Below, piece after piece: positions 29,540 through 38,931 of a stretch of DNA of 64,000 bases. Position 1 is the stretch's first letter; each line of letters opens with the position of its first letter. Location of the stretch: positions 114,076 through 178,075 of the forward strand of contig CAWCDG010000009.1 in the NCBI GenBank assembly GCA_963794325.1. Direction: 5' to 3'. Under the pieces are notes generated by a model that was not told where the DNA came from, did not search any database, and saw only the letters and a list, made by a program, of their open reading frames with translations. The DNA is from an uncultured delta proteobacterium (lineage in GTDB: Bacteria > Desulfobacterota > Binatia > Binatales > Binataceae). Position numbers and translations under genes: made by a program.

Positions 29540-30325
29540 ATGGCATTGAGACTCGAAAACAAAAATGCATTGATCACCGGCGGCGCCAGCGGAATCGGAC
29601 GCGCGACCGCGATTCGTTTTGCCGAGGAGGGCGCCAACATCTTCGTCGCCGACCGCCATGTGGCGGCCGCCGAAGAGACCGCTGCCGCAGTCAAAAAACT
29701 CGGCCGCAAGGCGATCGCATATCAGGTCGATACCAGCGACGAGGCGCAAGTGAATGGGATGGTCGCGCAGATGGTAAAGGAGCTCGGCGGCGTCAACATC
29801 GTCGTCGCCGCGGCGGGAATCTCGCATGCGCACTATGGCGAGGAAGGCCAGCCCGACATCACGTTTCTCAGCAACAAATCGTTCGCCAACTGGCGCAAGG
29901 TCTTAAGCGTCAACCTCGACGGCGTTTTTCTGACCGACCGGGCCTGCGCACAAGCGATGATCGAAGCGGGCCACGGCGGACGCATCATCAATATCGCGTC
30001 AGCCGCGGCGCGACTTCCAACTCCCGGCGTCGGCGAGTACTCCGTCAGCAAGGCTGGCGTCTGGATGCTGACCCGGGTGCTCGCGACTGAATTGGCGCCG
30101 TTCAATATCACCGCCAACGCGATCGGCCCCGGCTTCATCAAGACCCCGATGACCGCACAGATCCAGGACATGGCCAATATGACGCCGCTTATGGAGCGCG
30201 TGCCGATGAAGAAGATGGGCGAGCCCATCGACGTCGCCAACACCGCGCTGTTCCTCGCCAGCGAAGAAGGGCGCTACTACACCGGCTCGATCCTGCACCC
30301 CGACGGCGGCATCGTCATGCAGTGA
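29540..30325 (+). CDS. SDR family oxidoreductase
   Basis: TGGASGIG, YSVSK, NAIGPG; start at ATG 29540. Confidence 0.92.
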   Translation: MALRLENKNALITGGASGIGRATAIRFAEEGANIFVADRHVAAAEETAAAVKKLGRKAIAYQVDTSDEAQVNGMVAQMVKELGGVNIVVAAAGISHAHYGEEGQPDITFLSNKSFANWRKVLSVNLDGVFLTDRACAQAMIEAGHGGRIINIASAAARLPTPGVGEYSVSKAGVWMLTRVLATELAPFNITANAIGPGFIKTPMTAQIQDMANMTPLMERVPMKKMGEPIDVANTALFLASEEGRYYTGSILHPDGGIVMQ

Positions 30326-30382
30326 TCAGCGAGGATCTCGCGCGATTGTTCCCCCTCGCACAAGTGATCAGTGAAGACCCTG

Positions 30383-30428
30383 CGCGATTGTTCCCCTTCC
30401 CTCGAGGGAAGGGGTTAGGGGTTAGGTT
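30383..30428 (-). repeat. REP-like element, 46-nt core
   Basis: Reverse complement is identical to 34167-34212 and 52990-53035: aacctaacccctaaccccttccctcgagggaaggggaacaatcgcg. Confidence 0.9.
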
Positions 30429-30459
30429 CCCACGGATCGTTCGCGACGCCCGCAGCGTC

Positions 30460-30855
30460 ATGGCCGTCGCCCTTTCATTTCTATTGCTCGCCGCCGCAAC
30501 CACTTCCGCGTTCGCGCAGGAGCCAACTCCCACGCGGACCCCGATGGTCCTGCCGGTGATTCCGCAGATTCGGCTTCAAACGGTGCCGGCCTACGGGTCC
30601 GCGCCCCTGACGGTCGGCTTCTTCGTCTCGAGCATCAATCCCGACGCTGCGCCGATAGCCAGCTACGTCTGGAATTTCGGCGACGGCCATGTCTCGATGC
30701 TCCCGCCGACCGCGCTGTTTCACACCTACGCAATTCCCGGCAGCTACATCGTCAACGTAACCGTGACCGACGCCAACGGCCATCAGGCGTCATCGTTCGC
30801 CGGCGTTATCGTGACGCAGCCCTCGGTAGCAGGTGCGCCGGGTGCTATTCCTTGA
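30460..30855 (+). CDS. secreted PKD domain protein
   Basis: Signal peptide; GSAPLTVGF, YVWNFGDG, HTYAIPGSYIVNVTVTD. Confidence 0.8.
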   Translation: MAVALSFLLLAAATTSAFAQEPTPTRTPMVLPVIPQIRLQTVPAYGSAPLTVGFFVSSINPDAAPIASYVWNFGDGHVSMLPPTALFHTYAIPGSYIVNVTVTDANGHQASSFAGVIVTQPSVAGAPGAIP

Positions 30856-31534
30856 GCATCTCGATTGTGCCCGTATCGAGATCGTAAATACCGCCGACGA
30901 TTTTAAGCTCGCCCGATTTGACCATCGCCGAAAGCTCTTCCGAGGTCGCCAGATTTTTCATCACCAGCTCGACGTTCTCGCGCACCGCGTTCTCGACCGG
31001 ATCGCCCGCCTGGCCCTTGGACGCTGCCACCGCCGGCCGCAGTTCGCTGAGCATCGGCCCGACGTCCTGATCGGCGGTACCCTCGTGACCGTCAACCGCC
31101 GCGATCACCGCGCCGCATCGGCGATGCCCCAGCACCATCACCAGCCGCACGCCGAGATGCTTGACTGAGTAGTCGAGACTTTCGATCACCACTTTGTCGG
31201 CGACATTGCCGGCCACGCGCACGGTGAAGATATCGCCGAGTCCGCGATCGAAAATAATTTCGGGCGGCGTCCGCGAGTCCGAGCATGCGAGCACCGACGC
31301 AAACGGATGCTGCCCCTTGGCCACCTCAGCGCGCCGCTCCGGCGTCTGATTGGGACGCTCGAGCTTGCCGGCAACGAACCGCTGATTGCCGTCGAGCAGG
31401 AGCTTGAGAGACGCCTCAGCGCTCATTGTTGGCGCACTCACCGCGGCAATCACTGCGCGGGTCGTGACGATCGACAGCGCTCCGATCGCCAACAGCATCG
31501 AAATCCTCGACCGAAACCTTTTTTTTGGAATCAC
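30845..31534 (-). CDS. beta-class carbonic anhydrase with signal peptide
   Basis: LLDGNQRF, CSDSR, RVAGN, LGHRRCGAV. Confidence 0.92.
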   Translation of the reverse strand: MIPKKRFRSRISMLLAIGALSIVTTRAVIAAVSAPTMSAEASLKLLLDGNQRFVAGKLERPNQTPERRAEVAKGQHPFASVLACSDSRTPPEIIFDRGLGDIFTVRVAGNVADKVVIESLDYSVKHLGVRLVMVLGHRRCGAVIAAVDGHEGTADQDVGPMLSELRPAVAASKGQAGDPVENAVRENVELVMKNLATSEELSAMVKSGELKIVGGIYDLDTGTIEMLKE

Positions 31535-31620
31535 AGTCTCTCTCCATGGCCGCTATGCAGTTACCTGCCCCTCGCACTTCGGAATTGACACCGCGCCGCT
31601 ATTCGGCAGTATTGGTGGCG

Positions 31621-32160
31621 ATGCGAAACAAATCCAGCGGCAACACTATTTCCATATCGGAGACGAAATTGGCAACAAGAGTCATCGTGGCGTTCGCACT
31701 CGCGGGGGTCGCGCTTATCGGTTCCGGATGCATGGGCGATCAGATCGACGCCACCAACAAGCTGGTTCAACAGCAGCAGGAACAACTCGAGCATCAGCAA
31801 CAGGAGCTCGAAGCCCTCCAGGCGAACCAGAATCAAGGCTATACGCCGGGAGTCGCGAACTCGCCTCGGGGCGGATGCGACAAAGATGTCGAGACGGTCG
31901 CGAGCAAGCGCGGCGGGGACAACTTCGCGGCCGGCGACTTCAACAAGGCGCTCGGATACTACCAGGATGCGCTCATGGCCTGCCCGACCGATGAGCGCGC
32001 GGAGGTCAACGTCGCGCGCAGTTACGAAGCGCTCGGCAACAAAGTCGCCGCCATCAACCTCTACCGAAAGGTGGCCGACAGCAACAGCCCCACCGTCAAC
32101 GACGCCCAGGACGAAGCCAAGGCCGCACTCCTGCGCCTGCAAGCCGCCCGCATGCCCTGA
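31621..32160 (+). CDS. TPR-containing lipoprotein
   Basis: GSGC lipobox, Gln-rich coil, TPR-like helices; start uncertain. Confidence 0.65.
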   Translation: MRNKSSGNTISISETKLATRVIVAFALAGVALIGSGCMGDQIDATNKLVQQQQEQLEHQQQELEALQANQNQGYTPGVANSPRGGCDKDVETVASKRGGDNFAAGDFNKALGYYQDALMACPTDERAEVNVARSYEALGNKVAAINLYRKVADSNSPTVNDAQDEAKAALLRLQAARMP

Positions 32161-32170
32161 TTCTGATCCG

Positions 32171-32221
32171 TCGCCCGTTACTTCACGGGAGAGGCTAAGT
32201 GAGGGTTCTGCGACTCGAGCA
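32171..32221. repeat. REP-like element (cccgttactycacgggagagg...gtgaggg subfamily)
   Basis: Shares cccgttactYcacgggagagg and agggttctScgaYtcRagca with 57086-57160. Confidence 0.7.
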
Positions 32222-32331
32222 GAATCCCGGTTAGATCGTCGGTCATCGGCGCGTCTCTCGCCGGTTTGGTTCTACTCGGCGCGATCGTTAGATTTGATCA
32301 TGGGGGCGACGCGCAGCCCTCCTCCTCTCCC

Positions 32332-33351
32332 ATGGACGGCAACGGCAATAACGAAACTCCCGAGATTACCGCCGCGCCGCGGCCGCGCCGGATCGCGATT
32401 CTCACCGCCGGCGGCGACGCTCCCGGGATGAACGCCGCGATCCGCGCCGTGGTCCGCAGAGCTGCAGTCGCGGGAATCGAGGTGATTGGATTCCGGCGCG
32501 GCTACGAGGGTCTAATCCGCGACCTCGCCGAGCCGCTCAGCGGACGCTCTGTCGCCAACATGATTCAGCGGGGCGGCACCTTCCTGGAAACTTCGCGCTC
32601 ACCGGAGTTCCGCACGCCCGCCGCGCGCGGTCTGGCAGCCCGCAACCTGAAGCGCCACCAGATAGAGGCGCTGATCGTCGTCGGCGGCGAAGGCTCGATG
32701 ATCGGCGCGACGGCCTTCGGCAGCGAGACCGGCGTTCCGGTATTCGTGATACCGGCGTCGATCGACAACGACATCCCCGGCACCGACTACTCGATCGGCT
32801 TCGATACCGCGGTCAACACCGCCCTCGACGCTATCGACCGAATCCGCGACACCGCATTCGCCTACGAGCGCGTCTTCTGCGTCGAGGTGATGGGCCGCGA
32901 TTCAGGCTTCATCGCGATCGCGGTCGCGCTCGGCGGAGGCGCCGAGGCAGTTATCGTGCCGGAAATCCCGTTCAACCTCGACGACATCTGCGATCGCGTC
33001 GAGGACAGCCATCGCCGCGGCAAACGCTCGACCATCGTCGTCGTGTCGGAGGGTCCGCGCACCGGCGGCGTAATCCCGGTCGCCGACGCCCTGACCGCGC
33101 GGCTCGGGATGCAGGCGCGGGTCGTCGTGCTCGGCCACGTGCAGCGCGGCGGAGCGCCCACCGCTCGTGACCGGCTACTGGCGAGCCGGATGGGCGCGGG
33201 CGCCGTAAACGCAATCCTCGACGGTGCCGGCCCTTCGCTCATCGGAGAGGAAGGGGGCAAAATCGTCCGCGTCCCGCTGGGCGATGTCGCCAACAAGCGC
33301 CGCCCCCTCGACCCCTCCCTGATCGAATTGGTTCATCAACTGTCCACCTGA
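32332..33351 (+). CDS. pfkA: ATP-dependent 6-phosphofructokinase
   Basis: LTAGGDAPGMNAAIRAVV, SIDNDI, VEVMGRDSG, VLGHVQRGG. Confidence 0.93.
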   Translation: MDGNGNNETPEITAAPRPRRIAILTAGGDAPGMNAAIRAVVRRAAVAGIEVIGFRRGYEGLIRDLAEPLSGRSVANMIQRGGTFLETSRSPEFRTPAARGLAARNLKRHQIEALIVVGGEGSMIGATAFGSETGVPVFVIPASIDNDIPGTDYSIGFDTAVNTALDAIDRIRDTAFAYERVFCVEVMGRDSGFIAIAVALGGGAEAVIVPEIPFNLDDICDRVEDSHRRGKRSTIVVVSEGPRTGGVIPVADALTARLGMQARVVVLGHVQRGGAPTARDRLLASRMGAGAVNAILDGAGPSLIGEEGGKIVRVPLGDVANKRRPLDPSLIELVHQLST

Positions 33352-33377
33352 ACCCGCATCGCTATTTTTCGCCGAAG

Positions 33378-33422
33378 AACCTAACCCCTAACCCCTTCCC
33401 GAGCGGGAAGGGGAACCGGATT
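33378..33422 (+). repeat. REP-like element
   Basis: aacctaacccctaaccccttcccgagcgggaaggggaaccggatt. Confidence 0.9.
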
Positions 33423-33664
33423 ACGGAGAGGGAATAATCCGCACGCCCATCCAGTCCGTATTTCCATATGACCGGACGCACCAAAGCACCGCTCCCGAGC
33501 CGGCATCATCCACGATGCAAAAAAGAATCGCCACCGGGAACCAATGGTTCACCTCGATGGTTAACAGGGCGCATGGGGACCGTCTCATCGCAGTCGATGA
33601 GAGTCCGGTCGGGAGCCAGCCGGATACGCTCCCGAGGACGCTAACGCCCCGCGGGGTTTTGCAA

Positions 33665-34120
33665 ATGTCTGAAGGCTTTCAGCTGGCTTCCGATACCGCA
33701 GTCGAGCGCTTCGTCGGCTTCAACCAGATTCTTCCCAGCCAATACTACGACGTTTCCGGCGGCCATCATCTGACCGGCGAACAGCGCCTGATGCTCGCGC
33801 TGCTGGCCGACGCGATCAACGTCTACCAGCAGGGCGTCCTCTCGCGAAATACCCGCAAGCGCCTGCTCTTCATCGATGCCGAGCGATGGATAACGGCGAG
33901 CGCGAAGTGCCGCCACGCATTCAGTTTCGACACCGTGTGCGACGCGCTCGGCATCAACCCCAGCGCGCTGCGCCGCCGGATGATGGCCTGGAAGCATCAA
34001 CTCCGCCGCAATCTCGAACCGCGCGCCAGCGCGCCGCACTTGCGGCTCAAAATCACCCCGCGCAACAAGCACCTGAGCCAGCGCCGCAACCGCAGCCAAG
34101 TAACGATTCCAGCGTTCTGA
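33665..34120 (+). CDS. conserved-looking hypothetical protein
   Basis: EQRLMLALLADAI...AERWI...FSFDTVCDALGINP pattern; start uncertain (the ORF extends to 33515). Confidence 0.65.
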   Translation: MSEGFQLASDTAVERFVGFNQILPSQYYDVSGGHHLTGEQRLMLALLADAINVYQQGVLSRNTRKRLLFIDAERWITASAKCRHAFSFDTVCDALGINPSALRRRMMAWKHQLRRNLEPRASAPHLRLKITPRNKHLSQRRNRSQVTIPAF

Positions 34121-34166
34121 CGATCACCCTCTCGCTAGCACAAAAGCGTGGTGATCGTTCCAAGCA

Positions 34167-34364
34167 AACCTAACCCCTAACCCCTTCCCTCGAGGGAAGG
34201 GGAACAATCGCGATGAGCGGACCGCCGCCTTCTCCCTCAAACCTGAGAGCAAAATGGCGTCTTCGCCATTTTGCGATTCTCACCGGGTGCAGGGGTCACC
34301 CCTGCCGCGGAAGCGTGAAACCCGCGAAGGGTTTCACATTCAATAAAGTGATTTCCCCTTCCCC
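34167..34364 (+). repeat. composite four-hairpin repeat (copy A)
   Basis: REP core + gcaaaatggcg/cgccattttgc + gcaggggtcacccctgc + gtgaaaccc/gggtttcac; collinear with 52990-53181. Confidence 0.88.
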
Positions 34365-34438
34365 ACCCCGCGCCTCTCGCCAACGCTCCTCAACAGTGCG
34401 ATAAATCCAAACGAACCCCTCTGGAGGATGTTTCTACT

Positions 34439-35218
34439 TTGAAGAACCCATTCAGTGTCGAAGGCAAAGTTACGATTGTGACCGGCGGCGGTACCGGAAT
34501 CGGCGAGTCGATTGCAAAAGAGTTCGCAGCGCGTGGAGCGCCGGTGCTGATCGCCAGCCGCAAGGTCGAGAACCTCGAGCGCGTCCGGGACGAGATTCGC
34601 AAGGCCGGCGGCAAATGCGAGATGACCCCGGTTGACGTCCGCGACGCCGATCAATGCGACAAGATGGTTGCCGAGGCGGTCAAGCATTTCGGCCGCCTCG
34701 ACGTGCTGATCAACAACCATGGCGCCAGTATCACGACGCCGTCGATGACCCTATCGCCCAACGGATGGCGTGCGGTGGTCGGGATCAATCTCGACGGCGT
34801 CTTCTTCTGCTCGAAGGCAGCTGCCCGCCAGTTCATCGAGCAGAAGAGTCCCGGCTCGATCGTCAATATCTCATCGACCGCGGGCGTGCATGGATCGCCC
34901 ACGATGCTTCCGTACGGCGCGGCGAAGGCCGGGGTCATCAACCTGACCGTATCGCACGCCGGCGAATGGGGTCCGGCGGGAATCCGCGTCAACTGTATCG
35001 CGCCCGGCCCGATCGACACCGAAGGCGCGGCGCCGCGCGTATGGCCGAATCCGAAAGTCAAAGAGATGGTCGCGCGATCGCGCGCGCTCCAGCGCTTCGG
35101 CCGCGTCGAGGAAATCGCGTATCCATGTATCTTCCTGGCGTCGGACGCATCGAGCTACGTCACCGGCTCCCTGCTGATAATCGACGGCGGCGAAGGCATG
35201 ATGCGTCTGGGCGGGTAA
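34439..35218 (+). CDS. SDR family oxidoreductase
   Basis: TGGGTGIG, YGAAK, RVNCIAPG. Confidence 0.9.
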   Translation: MKNPFSVEGKVTIVTGGGTGIGESIAKEFAARGAPVLIASRKVENLERVRDEIRKAGGKCEMTPVDVRDADQCDKMVAEAVKHFGRLDVLINNHGASITTPSMTLSPNGWRAVVGINLDGVFFCSKAAARQFIEQKSPGSIVNISSTAGVHGSPTMLPYGAAKAGVINLTVSHAGEWGPAGIRVNCIAPGPIDTEGAAPRVWPNPKVKEMVARSRALQRFGRVEEIAYPCIFLASDASSYVTGSLLIIDGGEGMMRLGG

Positions 35219-35280
35219 GTGGACAAACCGCTCGTTCAACAGTAAATAACGTCTCGACCAGGTCGAGAGAGGTTGATTCA

Positions 35281-35739
35281 ATGGCTGATAAAAGCGCGGT
35301 CGGAAAGACCGGCAAACCATTCAAGATGCACGTCGATTGGAGCAAGGTGCGCGAGTTCGCCCGCGCGATCAAAGATCCCAACCCGCTCTACTTTGATACC
35401 GAGCTCGCGAAGAAAGAAGTCGGCGGAGTGCCGGTGCCGGTCACGTTCCTGCAGACCAGCGCATTCTGGACCGACGAGACCTCCAGCCCCGGCTTCGGCG
35501 GCTTCGATCTGCGCCGTATCCTGCACGGCGAGCAGGAGTTCGAGTTCTTCAAGCCGATCTTCGTCGGCGACACTCTGACCGGTGTCACCAAAGTCGCCGA
35601 CGTGCTCGAGAAGGAAGGCGGCCGCGGCGGCAAGATGACGCTACTGATCACGGAGACCGAGTACACCAATCAGAAGGGCGAGAAAGTTGCTCTTGCGCGC
35701 TCGACCCTGATCGAGACAGGACAAGCAGTCAAAGCTTAA
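35281..35739 (+). CDS. MaoC-like dehydratase, N-terminal type
   Basis: KVREFARAIKDPNPLY, PVTF, ILHGEQEFEF; start at ATG 35281. Confidence 0.88.
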   Translation: MADKSAVGKTGKPFKMHVDWSKVREFARAIKDPNPLYFDTELAKKEVGGVPVPVTFLQTSAFWTDETSSPGFGGFDLRRILHGEQEFEFFKPIFVGDTLTGVTKVADVLEKEGGRGGKMTLLITETEYTNQKGEKVALARSTLIETGQAVKA

Positions 35740-35757
35740 CTCGAGACGGTGAAAAAA

Positions 35758-36177
35758 ATGCCAAAATTGAAATACGATTCAGTCAAAGTCGGCGACGAAA
35801 TTCCTAAAATCGAAATCAAAGGCGTAACCCGTCCTGATTTCGTGCGCTACGCGGGCGCATCCGGCGACTTCGTTCCGCTGCATTACGATCAGACCTTCGT
35901 CGAGGCCGCCGGCATCCCAACCGTGTTCGCGCAGGGGATGTTCACGGCGGGCCTGCTCTCGAAGGCCGTGACCGACTACGTCGGAATCGGCAACGTGCGC
36001 CGCTTCCAGGTCCGCTTCGCAACGCGCGTATGGCCGGGCGACGTCGTCACCTGCACCGGCAAAGTCACCAACAAAATCGAGAAAGACGGCGAGAAGCAGA
36101 TCGAGGGCGACCTGATCGTTCTGAATCAAAAAGGCGAGCCCGCGATCAAAGGCAGCTTCCGGGCGGCATGCGCGTGA
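35758..36177 (+). CDS. MaoC family dehydratase
   Basis: RYAGASGDFVPLHYD, VRFATRVWPGD. Confidence 0.88.
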   Translation: MPKLKYDSVKVGDEIPKIEIKGVTRPDFVRYAGASGDFVPLHYDQTFVEAAGIPTVFAQGMFTAGLLSKAVTDYVGIGNVRRFQVRFATRVWPGDVVTCTGKVTNKIEKDGEKQIEGDLIVLNQKGEPAIKGSFRAACA

Positions 36178-36314
36178 GGGAAGGGTAGATCACTTAACTT
36201 AATGCGGAACCCACCGTGGGTTCCGCACCTCCCTGGGCAGGGGTGACCCCTGCACCCAATGTTTTTACAGATCCGGTTCCCCTTCCCGCCCGGGAAGGGG
36301 TTAGGGGTTAGGTT
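36176..36314 (-). repeat. composite hairpin repeat (copy C, lacks hairpin 2)
   Basis: Reverse strand: REP core + gggtgcaggggtcacccctgccc + tgcggaaccc/gggttccgca + aagtgatctacccttccc. Confidence 0.85.
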
Positions 36315-36435
36315 CTTCGCGCGTGCGCGCGATCGCCCATGACCGCGGGTCTTTTGAGATGCCGCGCTTCCTACTAAGATGTCCCCTCATAAGAATTAAC
36401 TTCCTGTCGGTGCAGATCGGTATAAGGGGCTCGCG

Positions 36436-37596
36436 ATGGTGCCGATTCGCTACAACATTCGCAGCGTCATCGAGCGGCGCGCCACGTCGCTGATGACGAT
36501 TCTCGGCGTCGCGCTGGTCTCGATGATCTTCATCATCGTTTTCGGATTTTCCGCCGGACTGAAGCAGTCGCTCCTCAATTCCGGCGAAGATCGCAACGTG
36601 ATCGTCCTCGCGCGCGGCGTGACCAACGAGAACGAGAGCTTTGTTCCTCACTCGGCAACCGAGATTCTCCGGGTGCGTCCGGAAATCGCCACCGATCAAC
36701 ACCATCAGCCATTGCTGTCGCGCGAAAGTATCGCCGGTGTGAACGTCAGCCGGACCCGAGGCGCCAAGGAATTCGCCCTGCTGCGCGGCGTCGAGCCAAT
36801 CGCCTACGAAGTGCATCCGAACCTTCATCTGGTCGAGGGACACTGGCCGGTGCGCGGCAATGGCGAGTGGGTGGTTGGGCGACGGCTCTTTTCACGCTTC
36901 CCGTATCTGCAGCCCGGCACGACTTTTCACTTTGAGCATCGCGATTGGAAGATCGTCGGTGTGTTTACCGACAACGACAGCGCGCGCGAATCGGAACTCT
37001 GGACTGACCTCGACGACCTAATCAACAACTTTCACTGGGACGCCGGCGGCGCCTCCGCTCTGCACGTGGTGTTGAATCCCGGCAGCGCGGCCGAATTTGC
37101 GCAGGCAATCAAGTCCGACGGCCGCCTCACGCTGCAAAGCGAAACCGAAACCGAGTACTACGCCGCGCAAGCCTCGGTGGTGGGACAACTACGATTGCTC
37201 GGGTTGATCGTGGCGCTGGCGCTGGCGCTTGGCGCGATGTTCGGTGGCATGAACACGATGTACACCGCGGTGACCCGGCGCGGGCGCGAGATCGGCGTGC
37301 TGCGCGTGCTGGGATTCTCACGTGGCAACATCCTCACCAGCTTCGTGATCGAGAGCGTCATCCTCGGCCTCGCGGGCGGCGTGGCCGGCGTCGTGCTCGC
37401 GACCGCGGTGGCGTGGGCGACGGGATTGACCAGCCGCACGATGAGCGTAGGCGCGATGTTTTTTTCGTACCGTCCGACCGTGGGCGCTCTCGCGGCTGGT
37501 GTCATAGTGTCCGCGATAATCGGTGTCGCGGGCGGCCTGATGCCGGCGCTGCGCGCCTCGCGCGTCGGCATCATCAGCGCGCTGCGGGAGGCCTGA
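36436..37596 (+). CDS. ABC transporter permease (MacB/FtsX type)
   Basis: YNIRSVIERR..SLMTILG, MNTMYTAV.RR.REIGVLRVLGF. Confidence 0.9.
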   Translation: MVPIRYNIRSVIERRATSLMTILGVALVSMIFIIVFGFSAGLKQSLLNSGEDRNVIVLARGVTNENESFVPHSATEILRVRPEIATDQHHQPLLSRESIAGVNVSRTRGAKEFALLRGVEPIAYEVHPNLHLVEGHWPVRGNGEWVVGRRLFSRFPYLQPGTTFHFEHRDWKIVGVFTDNDSARESELWTDLDDLINNFHWDAGGASALHVVLNPGSAAEFAQAIKSDGRLTLQSETETEYYAAQASVVGQLRLLGLIVALALALGAMFGGMNTMYTAVTRRGREIGVLRVLGFSRGNILTSFVIESVILGLAGGVAGVVLATAVAWATGLTSRTMSVGAMFFSYRPTVGALAAGVIVSAIIGVAGGLMPALRASRVGIISALREA

Positions 37597-37598
37597 CG

Positions 37599-38765
37599 AT
37601 GGCGGCCAAGCTACTGACAATCGCTTTCCGCAATATGAGCCGCCAGCTCCGGCGCACGATCCTCACCGGGATGACCTTTGCCATCGCGGTGTTCATCTAC
37701 ACGGTGCTGGTCGCGGTGCCGTGGTCGATGGATCGAATCGCCAACAACGCCTCGAAGGAACTCCGCCTGGTGGTGACCGAGCGCAACAACGGCCGGTTGC
37801 CCGCGCGCTACTGCGGTCCAATCAAGAAGCTGGAGCATGTGATGGGATGCGCGCCCGAAATCGTCTGGGGCGCCGTTTATCGCAATCCCAAGGACCCGAT
37901 AATCGCTTACGGAATCAATGGCGATATCCAGAGCATCACCGGCAGTAGCGACTTCCAGTTATCGGCAGACCGATCGAAGCTAATGCAAACCGACCGCCGC
38001 AGCGCGCTGATCGGATACATGCTGATGCGCGAGAACGGATGGAAACTCGGCGAGCCGCTCACCCTGCGCAACCCCGACGATGCGAGGCTCACGCTGACCT
38101 TCATCCCCATCGTCGAGTTCCCGACCGAGTACATGGCGCGAACGTTTTTGTTCGATCGCAGGATGCTGGACGACGCGGTGAAGAAAGTTTACGGCGCCGA
38201 TATCGCGGACCGCGCGTCGTTCATCGTGGTCAAGGTCGATCGCGTCGAGAACATGGGATTGGTGGCCAACGAAATCGACGAGAACTTCCACAACTCCGAC
38301 GCCGAAACCGAAACGACCACCGAGTCCGATTCGGTCGCCAATGTCGTCAGCGCAATCGGTAACATCCGCACCATCATCTACAGCTTGTGTCTGGTGGTGA
38401 TGCTGACGGTGTTGCTGATCGCCGCCAACTCGATGGCGATGATGGTGCGCGACCGAATCAGCGAAGTGGCGGTGATGCGCGCGCTCGGCTTCACGCGCAC
38501 CCACATCGCGGTTCTCCTGTTCGCTGAGGCCGCGCTGATTGGGCTCATCGGATCGATGGTCGGCGCCGGGCTCGCCCTCGTGGTATTCGCGCACGGTATC
38601 CGGCTCGGCGAGATAACCGGGATGCTGGGCTATCTGCAAGTGCGTCCCGAGACAGCAGCCGCCGCGGTTGCGACGGCGGTCCTGGTGAGCCTGGTAAGCG
38701 CGCTGGGCCCTGTGATCCGCGCGATGCGGGTCGTCCCGGCAATGGCCTTCCGCGAAATCGTTTGA
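37599..38765 (+). CDS. ABC transporter permease (MacB/FtsX type)
   Basis: FRNMSRQLRRTILT, ANSMAMMVRDRISEVAVMRALGF; start at ATG 37599. Confidence 0.9.
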   Translation: MAAKLLTIAFRNMSRQLRRTILTGMTFAIAVFIYTVLVAVPWSMDRIANNASKELRLVVTERNNGRLPARYCGPIKKLEHVMGCAPEIVWGAVYRNPKDPIIAYGINGDIQSITGSSDFQLSADRSKLMQTDRRSALIGYMLMRENGWKLGEPLTLRNPDDARLTLTFIPIVEFPTEYMARTFLFDRRMLDDAVKKVYGADIADRASFIVVKVDRVENMGLVANEIDENFHNSDAETETTTESDSVANVVSAIGNIRTIIYSLCLVVMLTVLLIAANSMAMMVRDRISEVAVMRALGFTRTHIAVLLFAEAALIGLIGSMVGAGLALVVFAHGIRLGEITGMLGYLQVRPETAAAAVATAVLVSLVSALGPVIRAMRVVPAMAFREIV

Positions 38766-38931
38766 GCCCCTTGTGGATGAAATTGTTGAACAATTGTGGA
38801 CTGTTAGCAGCCCTGCGGTCACTTTCTGCTTGATTAGCTGAGCCGAATCCGCCAAAGAAGACAAATTAGCTTGACTGTTAGACCGGTGGGTGGGCTATCG
38901 GAGCCCGGCCCGGAGGCGCAACATATTTTTA

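Noticed and set aside
30322-30459. N-terminal extension of the PKD protein (LFPFPRGKGLGVRF)
   Set aside because: It is a translation of the REP and its tandem duplication; the signal peptide starts at ATG 30460
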